Source: Parcubacteria group bacterium GW2011_GWA2_47_26 | GTDB lineage: Bacteria > Patescibacteriota > Patescibacteriia > GWA2-47-26 | Direction of reading: 5' to 3' | DNA: 64,000 bases | Assembly: GCA_001001705.1 (NCBI GenBank) | Contig: LCOG01000002.1 | Coordinates: 20,056-84,055 of the forward strand | In this document: one piece after another, positions 30,185-38,187 of the stretch | Numbering within the stretch: position 1 is the first letter of the stretch | Layout of the letters: every line of letters starts with the position of its first letter | Made by a program: the position numbers and the translations under genes | The notes under the pieces: generated by a model | The model's input: only the letters and a program-made list of their open reading frames with translations | Told to the model about the DNA's origin: nothing | Databases searched by the model: none

Positions 30185-30781
30185 ATGTCTCGCCGCACTA
30201 AAATAATCCTCGTAAGCGTTATAGTGATAATTATTTTGATTATACTTTTCTGGTTGATTTGGATAGGGCCGCAAATGTTGCGGCGCAATACAACAAATGT
30301 GCCCGCGCCACCACTAGAAACTCAAGGCGGGCTTGCCTTGCCTCTGTCGCCCGCAACTCCTCTCGGCGCGGCGCCGCAGACCGCCGAAGTCGGCGCGGAA
30401 GTGGCCCAGGCCTCGCTTGAAGCTTTTGCGCGCTCCTTTATTGAACGCTACGGCAGTTATTCCAACCAAAGCAATTATGACAATCTTGAAGATTTATATC
30501 CTTTTATGACTAAAAATCTTCAGCAATCAACTCAAGATTTTGTGCAAAGTGAACGGGCTAAAATGCGGACGCAAACACCAGCTTATTTTGGCATTACTAC
30601 GCGAGTATTATCTAGCATGGTGTCTCTATTGAATGATGATCGCGCCGGACTAGTTATTAAGACGCAACGGCGCGAGTCTGGCTCTGACCCGAACGCTTCG
30701 CGGCTCTATTATCAAGATGTAGAACTGAAACTAGTAATGGTGGGGGAGCAATGGAAAGTTGATGTGGCGGAATGGCAATAA
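30185..30781 (+). CDS. Bitopic membrane protein, VirB8-like (NTF2-like) candidate
   Basis: Short cytoplasmic N-term, one TM, ~150-aa external domain; position after VirB4. Confidence 0.35.
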   Translation: MSRRTKIILVSVIVIIILIILFWLIWIGPQMLRRNTTNVPAPPLETQGGLALPLSPATPLGAAPQTAEVGAEVAQASLEAFARSFIERYGSYSNQSNYDNLEDLYPFMTKNLQQSTQDFVQSERAKMRTQTPAYFGITTRVLSSMVSLLNDDRAGLVIKTQRRESGSDPNASRLYYQDVELKLVMVGEQWKVDVAEWQ

Positions 30782-31502
30782 AATGGTACGGCTTATGCTG
30801 TTTCAGAGGTGCATAAACTTTACCATTGATACCCTTTTCCCCATCGAATGCCTGGGATGTAAAAAAGAAGGCGAGTGGTTATGTCAGGACTGTTTGGCAA
30901 AAATTCCCATTGAAACCAAGGAGGACTGTTTTGTTTGCAAAAAACCGTCCGCCGGCGGTAAAACTTGTTTTTCCTGTCAACGCAATTTTTCACTTCAAAG
31001 CGTGGCATGGTTAACAGATTACGACAATGCCTTAGTGCACCGGGCGCTTCATATAGCCAAATATGGATATGTTAAGGCAGTATTAGTCGCGCTTCTCAAT
31101 AGTTTAGTGCCGCATCTATCTCATAAGTTTAGATTTTTTGATCTTGATCCGCGGGCGGTCATGTTTATACCCGTTCCCTTGCATCTGCGTCGTTTGCGGG
31201 ATCGCGGATTTAATCAGGCGCAAATTGTAGCCGAGTCATTTGCTCGCGCGACTAATGGCATTTGCGTAAACGCATTGACGCGGAGACGTTTTACAATACC
31301 GCAGGTTAAGCTTGACGAGGCGGATCGGGCGAGAAATATTAAAGGAGTTTTCAAATGCCTAGATCAAGCAACCGTCGCCGATCACTATGTGTTTATTGTA
31401 GATGATGTGGCAACAAGCGGAGCAACACTCAATGCTTGCGGCGAAGAGCTACAAAAAGCCGGAGCGCGAGGAGTATTTGGATTGGTAATTGCGAAGGGTT
31501 GA
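30759..31502 (+). CDS. comFC: Competence protein ComFC (phosphoribosyltransferase-domain DNA-uptake protein)
   Basis: N-terminal double CxxC zinc finger, C-terminal PRTase motif VFIVDDVATSGATL. Confidence 0.8.
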   Translation: MMWRNGNKMVRLMLFQRCINFTIDTLFPIECLGCKKEGEWLCQDCLAKIPIETKEDCFVCKKPSAGGKTCFSCQRNFSLQSVAWLTDYDNALVHRALHIAKYGYVKAVLVALLNSLVPHLSHKFRFFDLDPRAVMFIPVPLHLRRLRDRGFNQAQIVAESFARATNGICVNALTRRRFTIPQVKLDEADRARNIKGVFKCLDQATVADHYVFIVDDVATSGATLNACGEELQKAGARGVFGLVIAKG

Positions 31503-31513
31503 AAACAAAAAAA

Positions 31514-31597
31514 CGGAAGGGGTGGGACTCGAACCCACAAGCCCTTGCGGGCGCCGGTTTTCAAGACCGGTTCCTTAGCCATTCGGAGCACCCTTCC
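31514..31597 (-). tRNA. tRNA-Ser (TGA)
   Basis: Reverse complement folds: GGAAGGG acceptor, anticodon loop CTTGAAA, long variable arm, T-arm GTGGGTTCGAGTCCCAC. Confidence 0.75.
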
Positions 31598-31598
31598 A

Positions 31599-31685
31599 CG
31601 GAGAGGGTGGGATTTGAACCCACGAGCCCCCTTACGGGGGCAGAGTTTAGCAAACTCTTGCCTTGGACCACTCGGCCACCTCTCC
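31599..31685 (-). tRNA. tRNA-Ser (GCT)
   Basis: Reverse complement GGAGAGGTGGCCGAGTGGTCCAAGGC..., anticodon loop TTGCTAA, long variable arm, T-arm GTGGGTTCAAATCCCAC. Confidence 0.75.
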
Positions 31686-31733
31686 AATAAATCACATTTT
31701 ACCAGTAAAATACATTGTGGTCAATAATAAGCT

Positions 31734-32243
31734 GTGGTATACTTTAATACTATGCCAGAGACAGAAACTAAACAATACGGTAAAGAACTTTTATCCTGGG
31801 AAGCGGATGAATACAGTCAAGGACACAAGGGTCTTTTGTGGTATTTTATGGCGACCATCGCGGCCGTTGCTTTTCTTATCTGGGCAGTGGCCACTCGCAA
31901 TTTTTTATTCGCTTTCATCGTAATCATGTTCGCGGTAATTACCGCAACCCATGCCCTGCGTCCGCCAATGCGCTATCGTATCGGCCTTTTTGAGCGCGGA
32001 TTAGTTTTTGGAACCAGGCTCTATCTATGGAAAGATATAAAAAACTTCTGGATTGTCTACGAACCGCCAGAAGTAAAAACGCTTTACTTTGATTTTGGGG
32101 GCTTGCGTCCGCGTTTGCCTGTGCCACTTATAGACACTGACCCCAATCGCGTACGCAAAACTTTACAGGAATTTTTGATGGAAGACGTTGAACGGATCGA
32201 AGAACCTTTGTCTGATTGGGTTGCGCGGGTGCTGAAGTTATAA
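31734..32243 (+). CDS. Hypothetical membrane protein (two TM helices)
   Basis: ORF with hydrophobic segments; no motif recognised. Confidence 0.5.
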   Translation: MVYFNTMPETETKQYGKELLSWEADEYSQGHKGLLWYFMATIAAVAFLIWAVATRNFLFAFIVIMFAVITATHALRPPMRYRIGLFERGLVFGTRLYLWKDIKNFWIVYEPPEVKTLYFDFGGLRPRLPVPLIDTDPNRVRKTLQEFLMEDVERIEEPLSDWVARVLKL

Positions 32244-32408
32244 TGGGACTGTTGCTAAATACGCTTTCGTAACGAAAGGTAAGAATTTTGAGCGAGACGA
32301 AGTGAAACATTTGAAGCATATACGGCGTATATGTTGAGATCCGCAAGCTCGCATTCTATCCGTTGAACTACGGGCGCAAAAGGCGCTGGATTCTTTATTG
32401 TATTCTAC

Positions 32409-34697
32409 ATGATCCGCTATAACTTATCAAGTCCAGTAAGTGCACTATCGCATATTGGCCGCACCGTGGAGACTCAACTGCGACACCTAGGAGTTCTCAC
32501 CATACAGGATCTCCTTTTTTATTTTCCGGTTCGCTACGACGATTTGCGCAATATCACCGAGATTAAAGATTTAAAAATCGGCGAAAGGGCAGTAGTGCGT
32601 GGAAAAATTGAGCTTATTCAAAGCCGCCGCAGCAAATATAGAAAGAAACTCCTTACCGAGGCCATTGTCTCTGATGCGACGGGCAGTTTAAAAATACTTT
32701 GGTTTGGCCAGCCTTGGCTAATTAAAATGTTTAAAACCGGCGATGAGCTGTATTTGGTTGGCGAAGTTAAAGACGATGGCTCCGGCGCGTATATGTCCTC
32801 GCCAAGCTATGAGCGCGCAAGCGGGCACGCGACAATTCATACGGGCCGCATTGTGCCAGTTTACGCTTTGACCGAAAAGCTTTCTCAAAAACAAGTGCGT
32901 TTTTTAATGAGTCGCGCTTTTCCGCTCGCTTCGAGCATAGTTGATTGGCTGTCTCAAGATTTGAGGACAAGATACAAATTATTGGATTTAAAACGCGCTA
33001 TTTCTTTTGTGCATTTTCCGCCGGATAATCAAAAAATGGAAGCGGCCCGGCGGCGTTTGAAATTTGATGAATTGCTGCGCTTGCAGATTTTTGCCGCTAA
33101 AGTAAAACAGGAACTCAAAAAATTACCCGCCCCGAAAGCGGTATTTAATGAGAAGGCGACAAAGCAATTTGTACAAGGCTTGCCTTTTGAGTTAACCGAG
33201 GCGCAACGCAAAGCGGCCTGGGAAATTGTCAAAGATATTAGTCGGCCGCGCCCAATGAATCGTTTGCTGGAGGGCGATGTTGGATCGGGAAAGACTGTCG
33301 TGGTTGCGATTGCGGCATTGAATGCGGTTGGTGTTTGTGACCATGTCACCGCGGCTAGTGACCTGGTCACAAACAAAGGTCAGGTGGCCATTATGGCGCC
33401 GACCGAAATTTTGGCGCGTCAACATTTCAAAACATTTTCAAAATTACTTGGACCCCATGGTGTGCAAGTAGAGTTACGCACCAGCAGTGAAAAAGGTAAA
33501 AAGGGGATTATAGACAGCAATGTAGTTGTGGGAACACATGCTTTAATACAAGACAGTGTAAAGTTCAAAGATTTGGTGCTCGCGGTTGTTGATGAACAGC
33601 ACCGTTTTGGCGTGCGTCAACGGCAAGCGCTCAAGGATAAGCGCGAGGATGGAAAAATGCCCCATCTGCTTACTTTGACCGCCACGCCAATCCCGCGTAG
33701 TTTGGCTTTAGTATTTTATGGCGATCTTGATCTCTCCGTGCTTAATGAAATGCCCAAGGGGCGGCAGAGAATTGAAACCGTGTTGGTAAGTAACGCTTCC
33801 CAACCCCCTCCTCATAAACCCACCCACCCTCCCCTTAAGTTAAGGGGAGGAGGCGAAAAAGGGACCGCCTCTAATTTTGCAAAGCAAAACTTAGAAGTGG
33901 TCCCTTTTTCGCGGGAACAGGCCTATCAATTTATCCGTACTGAAGTTGCCGCCGGCCACCAAGTCTTTTGGACATGCCCGATTATTGATCCTTCCGACAC
34001 GCTTGGTGTAAGAGCCGCGACCGAAGTATTTGAGCATTTGCGCACCGAAATTTTTTCTGATCTGCGCATTGGACTCTTACACGGGCGCATGAAGTCAAAA
34101 GAAAGAGAAAAAGTGATGGAAGCGTTTGTAGGCCCATCTTGTCATCATGAGCGTAGCGAAGGATCTCGGGATTCTTCGCCTGCGGTTCAGAATGACAGAG
34201 GACACACGATTGATATTCTCGTAGCCACGCCGGTTATTGAAGTTGGTATTGATGTGCCTAATGCTACAGTCATGGTTATTGAAGGAGCACAGCGTTTTGG
34301 CTTAGCCCAGCTTCATCAATTTCGCGGACGCGTTGGCCGGGGCGAGGCGAAATCGTATTGTTTGTTGATGGTGGAAGAAAAAGGGACCGCCTCTAATTTT
34401 GCTGCGCAAAATTTAGAAGTGGTCCCTTTTTCTGCGCGTATCAAGGCATTTTTAGAGTGCGACAATGGTTTTGAACTCGCCGAGCGCGATTTGACGCTTC
34501 GCGGTCCTGGCGATACTTATGGCATTGCCCAATCCGGTTTTCCGGAATTCAAAATCGCGAGTTTCGCGGATGTTGAAATTGCCAAAGAGGCCAAAGAAGC
34601 GGCGGAGGTGATTTTAACGCGCGATCCGGAACTTACGAACTATTCCGAGCTCAAACAGGCGATACTTGATAAAGAAGGCCGGACGCATTTAGAATAA
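32409..34697 (+). CDS. recG: ATP-dependent DNA helicase RecG carrying five in-frame palindromic elements
   Basis: Wedge domain, Walker A GDVGSGKT, DEQH box, helicase C motifs QFRGRVGR. Confidence 0.9.
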   Translation: MIRYNLSSPVSALSHIGRTVETQLRHLGVLTIQDLLFYFPVRYDDLRNITEIKDLKIGERAVVRGKIELIQSRRSKYRKKLLTEAIVSDATGSLKILWFGQPWLIKMFKTGDELYLVGEVKDDGSGAYMSSPSYERASGHATIHTGRIVPVYALTEKLSQKQVRFLMSRAFPLASSIVDWLSQDLRTRYKLLDLKRAISFVHFPPDNQKMEAARRRLKFDELLRLQIFAAKVKQELKKLPAPKAVFNEKATKQFVQGLPFELTEAQRKAAWEIVKDISRPRPMNRLLEGDVGSGKTVVVAIAALNAVGVCDHVTAASDLVTNKGQVAIMAPTEILARQHFKTFSKLLGPHGVQVELRTSSEKGKKGIIDSNVVVGTHALIQDSVKFKDLVLAVVDEQHRFGVRQRQALKDKREDGKMPHLLTLTATPIPRSLALVFYGDLDLSVLNEMPKGRQRIETVLVSNASQPPPHKPTHPPLKLRGGGEKGTASNFAKQNLEVVPFSREQAYQFIRTEVAAGHQVFWTCPIIDPSDTLGVRAATEVFEHLRTEIFSDLRIGLLHGRMKSKEREKVMEAFVGPSCHHERSEGSRDSSPAVQNDRGHTIDILVATPVIEVGIDVPNATVMVIEGAQRFGLAQLHQFRGRVGRGEAKSYCLLMVEEKGTASNFAAQNLEVVPFSARIKAFLECDNGFELAERDLTLRGPGDTYGIAQSGFPEFKIASFADVEIAKEAKEAAEVILTRDPELTNYSELKQAILDKEGRTHLE
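33337..33370. repeat. Family D short element within recG
   Basis: GTGACCATGTCACCGCGGCTAGTGACCTGGTCAC. Confidence 0.65.
33793..33854. repeat. Family E unit within recG, directly abutting a family F element
   Basis: CCCAACCCCCTCCTCATAAACCCACCCACCCTCCCCTTAAGTTAAGGGGAGGAGGCG. Confidence 0.65.
33855..33910. repeat. Family F element within recG (copy 1)
   Basis: GAAAAAGGGACCGCCTCTAATTTTGCAAAGCAAAACTTAGAAGTGGTCCCTTTTTC. Confidence 0.8.
34141..34197. repeat. Family A element (short form) within recG
   Basis: GTCATCATGAGCGTAGCGAAGGATCTCGGGATTCTTCGCCTGCGGTTCAGAATGAC. Confidence 0.8.
34376..34432. repeat. Family F element within recG (copy 2)
   Basis: GAAAAAGGGACCGCCTCTAATTTTGCTGCGCAAAATTTAGAAGTGGTCCCTTTTTCT. 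Confidence 0.8.
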
Positions 34698-34698
34698 G

Positions 34699-34775
34699 GA
34701 AAAGAGAACGCCTCTAGTAAAAAAGAGAACGCCTCTAATTTTGCTGCGCAAAATTTAGAAGTGGTCCCTTTTTCT
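34699..34775. repeat. Family F element with partial left-arm duplication, just after recG stop
   Basis: AAAAGAGAACGCCTCTAGTAAAAAAGAGAACGCCTCTAATTTTGCTGCGCAAAATTTAGAAGTGGTCCCTTTTTC. Confidence 0.75.
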
Positions 34776-34873
34776 GCCCAGCCGGTATATATGCCCCGTG
34801 TCAAATCATCTAATCATGACACCGAACCGTACACTTGGGTATACGGAGAGTGCCACAATATGCTTTCCAAAAC

Positions 34874-34909
34874 GTCCCGTGTTTGGCTCGATCGAGCCAA
34901 ACACGGGAC
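34874..34909. repeat. 36-bp perfect palindrome GTCCCGTGTTTGGCTCGATCGAGCCAAACACGGGAC
   Basis: Direct reading; followed by tandem GAAACGTCATAGG x2 at 34922..34950. Confidence 0.7.
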
Positions 34910-35254
34910 GAGTAGCGTTAAGGAAACGTCATAGGGAAACGTCATAGGGAACTAGGGTATAATTTTAGATGATTTAATTTATGACAATTTAATTTGTGCA
35001 CTTGACGCAGGATGGCCTGCTATTGTAGTATGTCAAAATTACCGCGTTGGTCAGGGGTTTTAAGTAAATGAGCCCCCTCACTAGCGCGGTAATAAATTAG
35101 CGTAAACACAGTGAACACATGGGCTGCCCACCCAAGCCGGGTGTTGTGCCAACCTTTTGATGGAGGAGCGGGGCGAATTAGCTGACACGATCCGCCACTA
35201 CGCGGGGGGTCACGAAGTACAAGCAACCTCGGACCGAAGAGGGGATCTGCAACA

Positions 35255-35516
35255 AATGAGTACGAACAACGGCAACGGTCAGAGCGGTGGGAACGGCCAC
35301 CATGGCAAGTTCCAGTCGTGCAACAACGACTTCTGCCTCCGCAATGGAGGCGTGATCGCGCCCGGCGAGTCGTGCCAGCGCGTGGGGAGCGAGCTCTTCC
35401 ACGCGGGCTGCTACCAGCTCTGGCAGCAGCACGTGGCGGAGCGTCAACGCCGTTTCGGTGGCGACGCCTCGATCCGCCACCGCACGCGCGCGGCGGTCAA
35501 CACCCTCGTCCCGTAG
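35255..35516 (+). CDS. Small Cys-containing protein encoded in a high-GC segment (start uncertain; ORF track 35157)
   Basis: GC3 about 90% in this frame versus about 50% in flanking genes; followed by a hairpin terminator. Confidence 0.3.
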
Positions 35517-35640
35517 CCCGCCAACCCCCTCACTTTTTGCTCCTTCCGTAGGCTCCTCCGCCTAAACCGCTGGCGGAGTTCGCAGCCGCAAACCCGCCCC
35601 GACACCTCGCGTGCCGGGGCCTTTTCTTTTTTGCATACAT

Positions 35641-35667
35641 AAAAAGCTCCCACATGGGGAGCCTTTT
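35641..35667. terminator. Rho-independent terminator-like hairpin AAAAAGCTCCCACATGGGGAGCCTTTT (bidirectional)
   Basis: GC stem GCTCCC/GGGAGC flanked by A-run and T-run. Confidence 0.6.
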
Positions 35668-35752
35668 GATGGGGTCCGATCACGGTGACTCGTGAGAAGC
35701 CTTATCAACAATTTAATCGTACTTGGATTCAAAAATTTAGAGCAACAATTAT

Positions 35753-35795
35753 TTCCCCTCTTAAGATAAGAGGGGATTAAGGGGAGTTATGAAGT
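35753..35795. repeat. Family E unit, intergenic
   Basis: ATTTCCCCTCTTAAGATAAGAGGGGATTAAGGGGAGTTATGAAGT. Confidence 0.6.
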
Positions 35796-35883
35796 ATGAA
35801 GAGAGTCATATATTTAACATTAGTTTCATAACCCCTCCCGCAGCACCTCGGACGCGGGTTGTTTTTTATCTACAAGCTATACT

Positions 35884-37458
35884 TTATGGACATGGTCTGC
35901 TTTCCAGGCCTTTGATCAAATTTGTGGGATCCAGTAGTGACGGTGGTTTTGTAATTAGAAATTCTCGCGCACATTTGTTAGTGCCGATAGTACTCTGCCC
36001 CGGGGGGGGATTCCATCTAAAATTTCTTCGTGCCCGTCCTGGATAAGCTTCAAGGTGTAACATATCACAAAATGTGGCTTTTCCAAGAGTTTGTCCTTTA
36101 GTCACAGTGGCTCGCGCTCTTATACTGGATGGAACCGTTCCGCTATTTATCTCTCCGTATACTACCGTGATGTTGAGTTTTGGATGAAATACAAGTACAG
36201 CTACGCTTTGTCCCCCGCTGCATGGATAAAAATTATAAGTGTTAACAACCTCACCGCTGTCCAGCGCTACTACTTCGCCATCGCCTTGAGTATAAAGGTC
36301 AATCCCGGCGTGGCATCTCGCCCCTTGGGCACGGTCATCGCCCCAATTCCAAGAGATTTGTTGTAGACTGCCGGTCTTTATTGGGAGACATTGGTCCGTG
36401 ATGTTGTAGTTTGTAGCCCCGGTGGTCCATGTCCCAGTTTCTCGAATTTCCTCACCTGCTCCCGGGGGCTCAAGCTCTATCTTTTCTATTTGCTCTACTC
36501 GCAACGGCTGAAAAACCACCAAATCTGGATTTATAATCATCAAAATTATGTACGATCCCAAAACCAGTATAAGTCCAACCGAGGCATCCGCGATTTTGCG
36601 TTTGGCGTCGCTTATTTTATCCGGACTGCCGCCGGCGGTGAGCCATTTGAATCCGGCGTAAACAATCATTATTCCCGCGATTACCCCCACCACGGAAACC
36701 AAAAATTTATATACTGCGGCCAGGTATTGAGCGAGAAAATCAATGATCAGAAATTCTCTATCGCCTTCAGTTGTTCTAAATGGCACGGTAAAAGGTTGCA
36801 GTGTAACGAGCGGAATTTGCAAGCGGGGAAGAGCGATTTGAGCTGGGGGGAGTTCGGAGGTTGGAACGCATTGAGAGACAAATGTGCGTGTGGCCCGATG
36901 CCCCTCTTCTCTGATCTGACATCTAAACCCACTTGCGCAATCAGCATCTGTACCACACCCCTCACTTGCTGCTGTTAAAACACATCTCTCACTTTGACAT
37001 TGTAAGTTTGGCGAAGAAGAAGATACACATTGACTATTATTATTACAAGGGCATCCAATGGGCATGAACCCGTTGTGCCCCGGCCCTCTCGGCGCCATGA
37101 TGTCAGAAAAAGACATGCATGCATTGCGTGGCGAAACCCAAGCCTGACCCGCCGAGCATCGTCGATCGTTACAGTTTATAGTTTCAGCTGTTCCTTCGCC
37201 GCCTTGACATACGCGTAAACTCGTATTACATATTCCACCTCTTCCACAATCTGAATTACTTAAACATGCGCCCCCGCTATGAAAATATGCGGTTTGCATG
37301 CATTGCCTTGCGGCGAACTGGCAGAGATGGGGAGGGGCAAGACTAGCGCAATCGGAATCTTGGGTACAAGGTGTTGCTTGCGAGGTTAGCGGTAACATGA
37401 ATAATAGCAATGAAATAATGCTGAGCACTAAAAGCAATTGTTTTTGCGACCGTAACAT
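35884..37458 (-). CDS. Secreted Cys-rich protein with central TM hairpin (TrbC/VirB2-like) and C-terminal M23 (LytM) peptidase domain
   Basis: Signal peptide; repeated C-x-x-D-x-D-C motifs; two TM helices separated by a charged loop; M23 signatures HAGIDL...G.V.A...G.V and HLH (MLHLEAY). Confidence 0.7.
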   Translation of the reverse strand: MLRSQKQLLLVLSIISLLLFMLPLTSQATPCTQDSDCASLAPPHLCQFAARQCMQTAYFHSGGACLSNSDCGRGGICNTSLRVCQGGEGTAETINCNDRRCSAGQAWVSPRNACMSFSDIMAPRGPGHNGFMPIGCPCNNNSQCVSSSSPNLQCQSERCVLTAASEGCGTDADCASGFRCQIREEGHRATRTFVSQCVPTSELPPAQIALPRLQIPLVTLQPFTVPFRTTEGDREFLIIDFLAQYLAAVYKFLVSVVGVIAGIMIVYAGFKWLTAGGSPDKISDAKRKIADASVGLILVLGSYIILMIINPDLVVFQPLRVEQIEKIELEPPGAGEEIRETGTWTTGATNYNITDQCLPIKTGSLQQISWNWGDDRAQGARCHAGIDLYTQGDGEVVALDSGEVVNTYNFYPCSGGQSVAVLVFHPKLNITVVYGEINSGTVPSSIRARATVTKGQTLGKATFCDMLHLEAYPGRARRNFRWNPPPGQSTIGTNKCAREFLITKPPSLLDPTNLIKGLESRPCP

Positions 37459-37461
37459 ATT

Positions 37462-38163
37462 TTAGCGTAATAATTCCTGTATAGATTGGTTTACAGTATT
37501 TTGATCAATTGCTCCTGAAAATTTCCTCTCGCCAATGAAGAAATACGGCGTGGCGTCAACGCGCAAAAGTATGGCCTCGTTGAAGTTGCGCGCGACAAGA
37601 TCTTTGGTGCGTTCGGTTTTAAGGCAGTCTTCAAAGGTGGCTGTGTTTAAGCGAAGCTCCTGCGCTAGCGGGATAAAACTGGTTTCAGCTAATTCAGTTT
37701 GCCGTTCAAACAAAAGATCATGATATTCCCAGAATTTTCCTTGCTCCTCGGCGCATCGTGCGGCCTGCGCCGCTTTTTCCGCCAAAGGATGCAAACGCGT
37801 ATTCGGCAGATCTTTCCAAACTAATTTTACGCGGCCGCTGTACTGTTCAAGCACGCTTTTCAAAGTGGCCTCCACTTCCGCGCAAGAAGGACAGAAAAAA
37901 TCCCCGAACTCTACAATTGCAATAGCTGTGACCAAGTCACTTTCCGTTGTGGCTTGGTCACGGCCCGCGGGATCTCCGCGTACCGGATCAGTGGAGCGGA
38001 TAATGGGGCGGGAAGGCAGTGCGATCGTTGTGACCAAGTCACTTTCCGTTGTGACTTGGTCACGGTCGTCCGGCGGTATAAATGTATAATACGCCACAAT
38101 ACCAACAAAACCCGCCAAAAGTAGAGCGACAATTACGATAATGATGAAAGAAGGAGTACGCAT
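37462..38163 (-). CDS. dsbA: Membrane-anchored DsbA-like thiol:disulfide oxidoreductase (two in-frame family D elements)
   Basis: N-terminal TM, thioredoxin CPSC active site, DsbA-like helical insert. Confidence 0.7.
   Translation of the reverse strand: MRTPSFIIIVIVALLLAGFVGIVAYYTFIPPDDRDQVTTESDLVTTIALPSRPIIRSTDPVRGDPAGRDQATTESDLVTAIAIVEFGDFFCPSCAEVEATLKSVLEQYSGRVKLVWKDLPNTRLHPLAEKAAQAARCAEEQGKFWEYHDLLFERQTELAETSFIPLAQELRLNTATFEDCLKTERTKDLVARNFNEAILLRVDATPYFFIGERKFSGAIDQNTVNQSIQELLR
37928..37961. repeat. Family D variant within dsbA (copy 1)
   Basis: GTGACCAAGTCACTTTCCGTTGTGGCTTGGTCAC. Confidence 0.75.
38030..38063. repeat. Family D variant within dsbA (copy 2)
   Basis: GTGACCAAGTCACTTTCCGTTGTGACTTGGTCAC. 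Confidence 0.75.
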
Positions 38164-38187
38164 GTTGATTGGACCGTAGTCGGTAGT

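Noticed and set aside
35178-35480. Minus-strand 100-aa ORF inside the high-GC segment
   Set aside because: Antisense shadow of the plus-strand ORF. Its third codon positions coincide with first positions of the plus ORF and lack the extreme GC3 bias. Long spurious ORFs are expected in high-GC DNA.
35090-35700. High-GC segment as tmRNA, RNase P RNA or rRNA fragment
   Set aside because: No tmRNA tag-like reading frame ending in ALAA-type residues. No RNase P P4 / AGGAAAGTCCGGGCTCC-type core and no rRNA-like conserved stretches recognised by eye. The strong GC3 codon bias favours a protein-coding origin. Left as an open finding rather than an RNA call.
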